Below, piece by piece: positions 48,030 to 48,379 of a DNA stretch of 48,379 nucleotides. Within the stretch, counting starts at the first letter, position 1. The number at the start of each line of letters is the position of its first letter. The position numbers were made by a program, and so were the translations under genes. The stretch is from Octopus bimaculoides (lineage: Eukaryota), in NCBI RefSeq assembly GCF_001194135.2, contig NC_068991.1:36979587-37027965 (forward strand), written 5' to 3'. The notes beneath the pieces are model-generated. The model was not told the origin of the DNA. It made no database searches and saw nothing but the letters and a program-made list of their open reading frames with translations.

Positions 48030-48379
48030 CTACACTTTCTTCAGGATCCGGATTTCAGAGTTATTTAGAGAATTAACATTGCTTGTTTTCACCTTTTCGA
48101 TATCAGTGAAGAATTTCACTGGAAAAGTAGATATAAGATTGCCAGGTTTTTGTCTCTCTCACCAAGGTCAGTGGCTGTCGAACGCCGACGAAGGGAAATA
48201 ACCCTGAAATCCGGATCCGTTCATGCTACAGATCATGGTGAGAGGGATAACTTCCCTTGGCAAACAGGACACAGTCGTGTGTCGATAAGCCAGCTGGAGG
48301 AGATGTCCTCCTGGGGCTAAAAGCAACAGTAACATCCACCCCTAGGGGTCAGCCACACTTAAGTGGCAATATACTACAC

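Noticed and set aside
48240-48330. HDV-like ribozyme (hairpin ggagga/tcctcc followed by ggctaa), also considered at 44770-44920
   Set aside because: Could not assign P1, P1.1, P2 and P3 pairings by eye.
1-48379. CRISPR array, rRNA, intact tRNA genes or prokaryotic defence systems
   Set aside because: No repeat-spacer array, rRNA-like sequence, complete cloverleaf or operon-like gene density; the DNA is eukaryotic.

Overview
Repeat-rich eukaryotic genomic DNA with N-gaps and many microsatellites. The tRNA-headed SINE families look like those of octopus or a related cephalopod; this is recognition, not a search result. There is no prokaryotic operon or CRISPR array. The left two thirds (1-~32,900) is CpG-retaining transposon debris: two Tx1/L1-like LINE fragments, a Helitron helicase remnant, a mariner with TIRs and TA TSD, a near full-length decayed Naiad/Chlamys-type Penelope-like element (PLE), and many SINEs and MITEs. 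It also holds a second PLE (9753-10859) whose two inverted pseudo-LTRs each carry a minimal hammerhead ribozyme and part of a tRNA-like module. The right third (~33,000-48,000) is strongly CpG-depleted and holds the 3' part of an unidentified minus-strand host gene (exons 39816-39729, 37545-37488 and 35343-~33,633, with a poly(A) signal). Best leads: the hammerhead/tRNA-like PLE repeat, a 137-bp-arm palindrome next to a second hammerhead-like core, a sharp inferred methylation boundary at the gene end, a one-base frame ambiguity in the host gene, and a 209-bp intronic hairpin. All translations, alignments and mismatch counts were done by eye.
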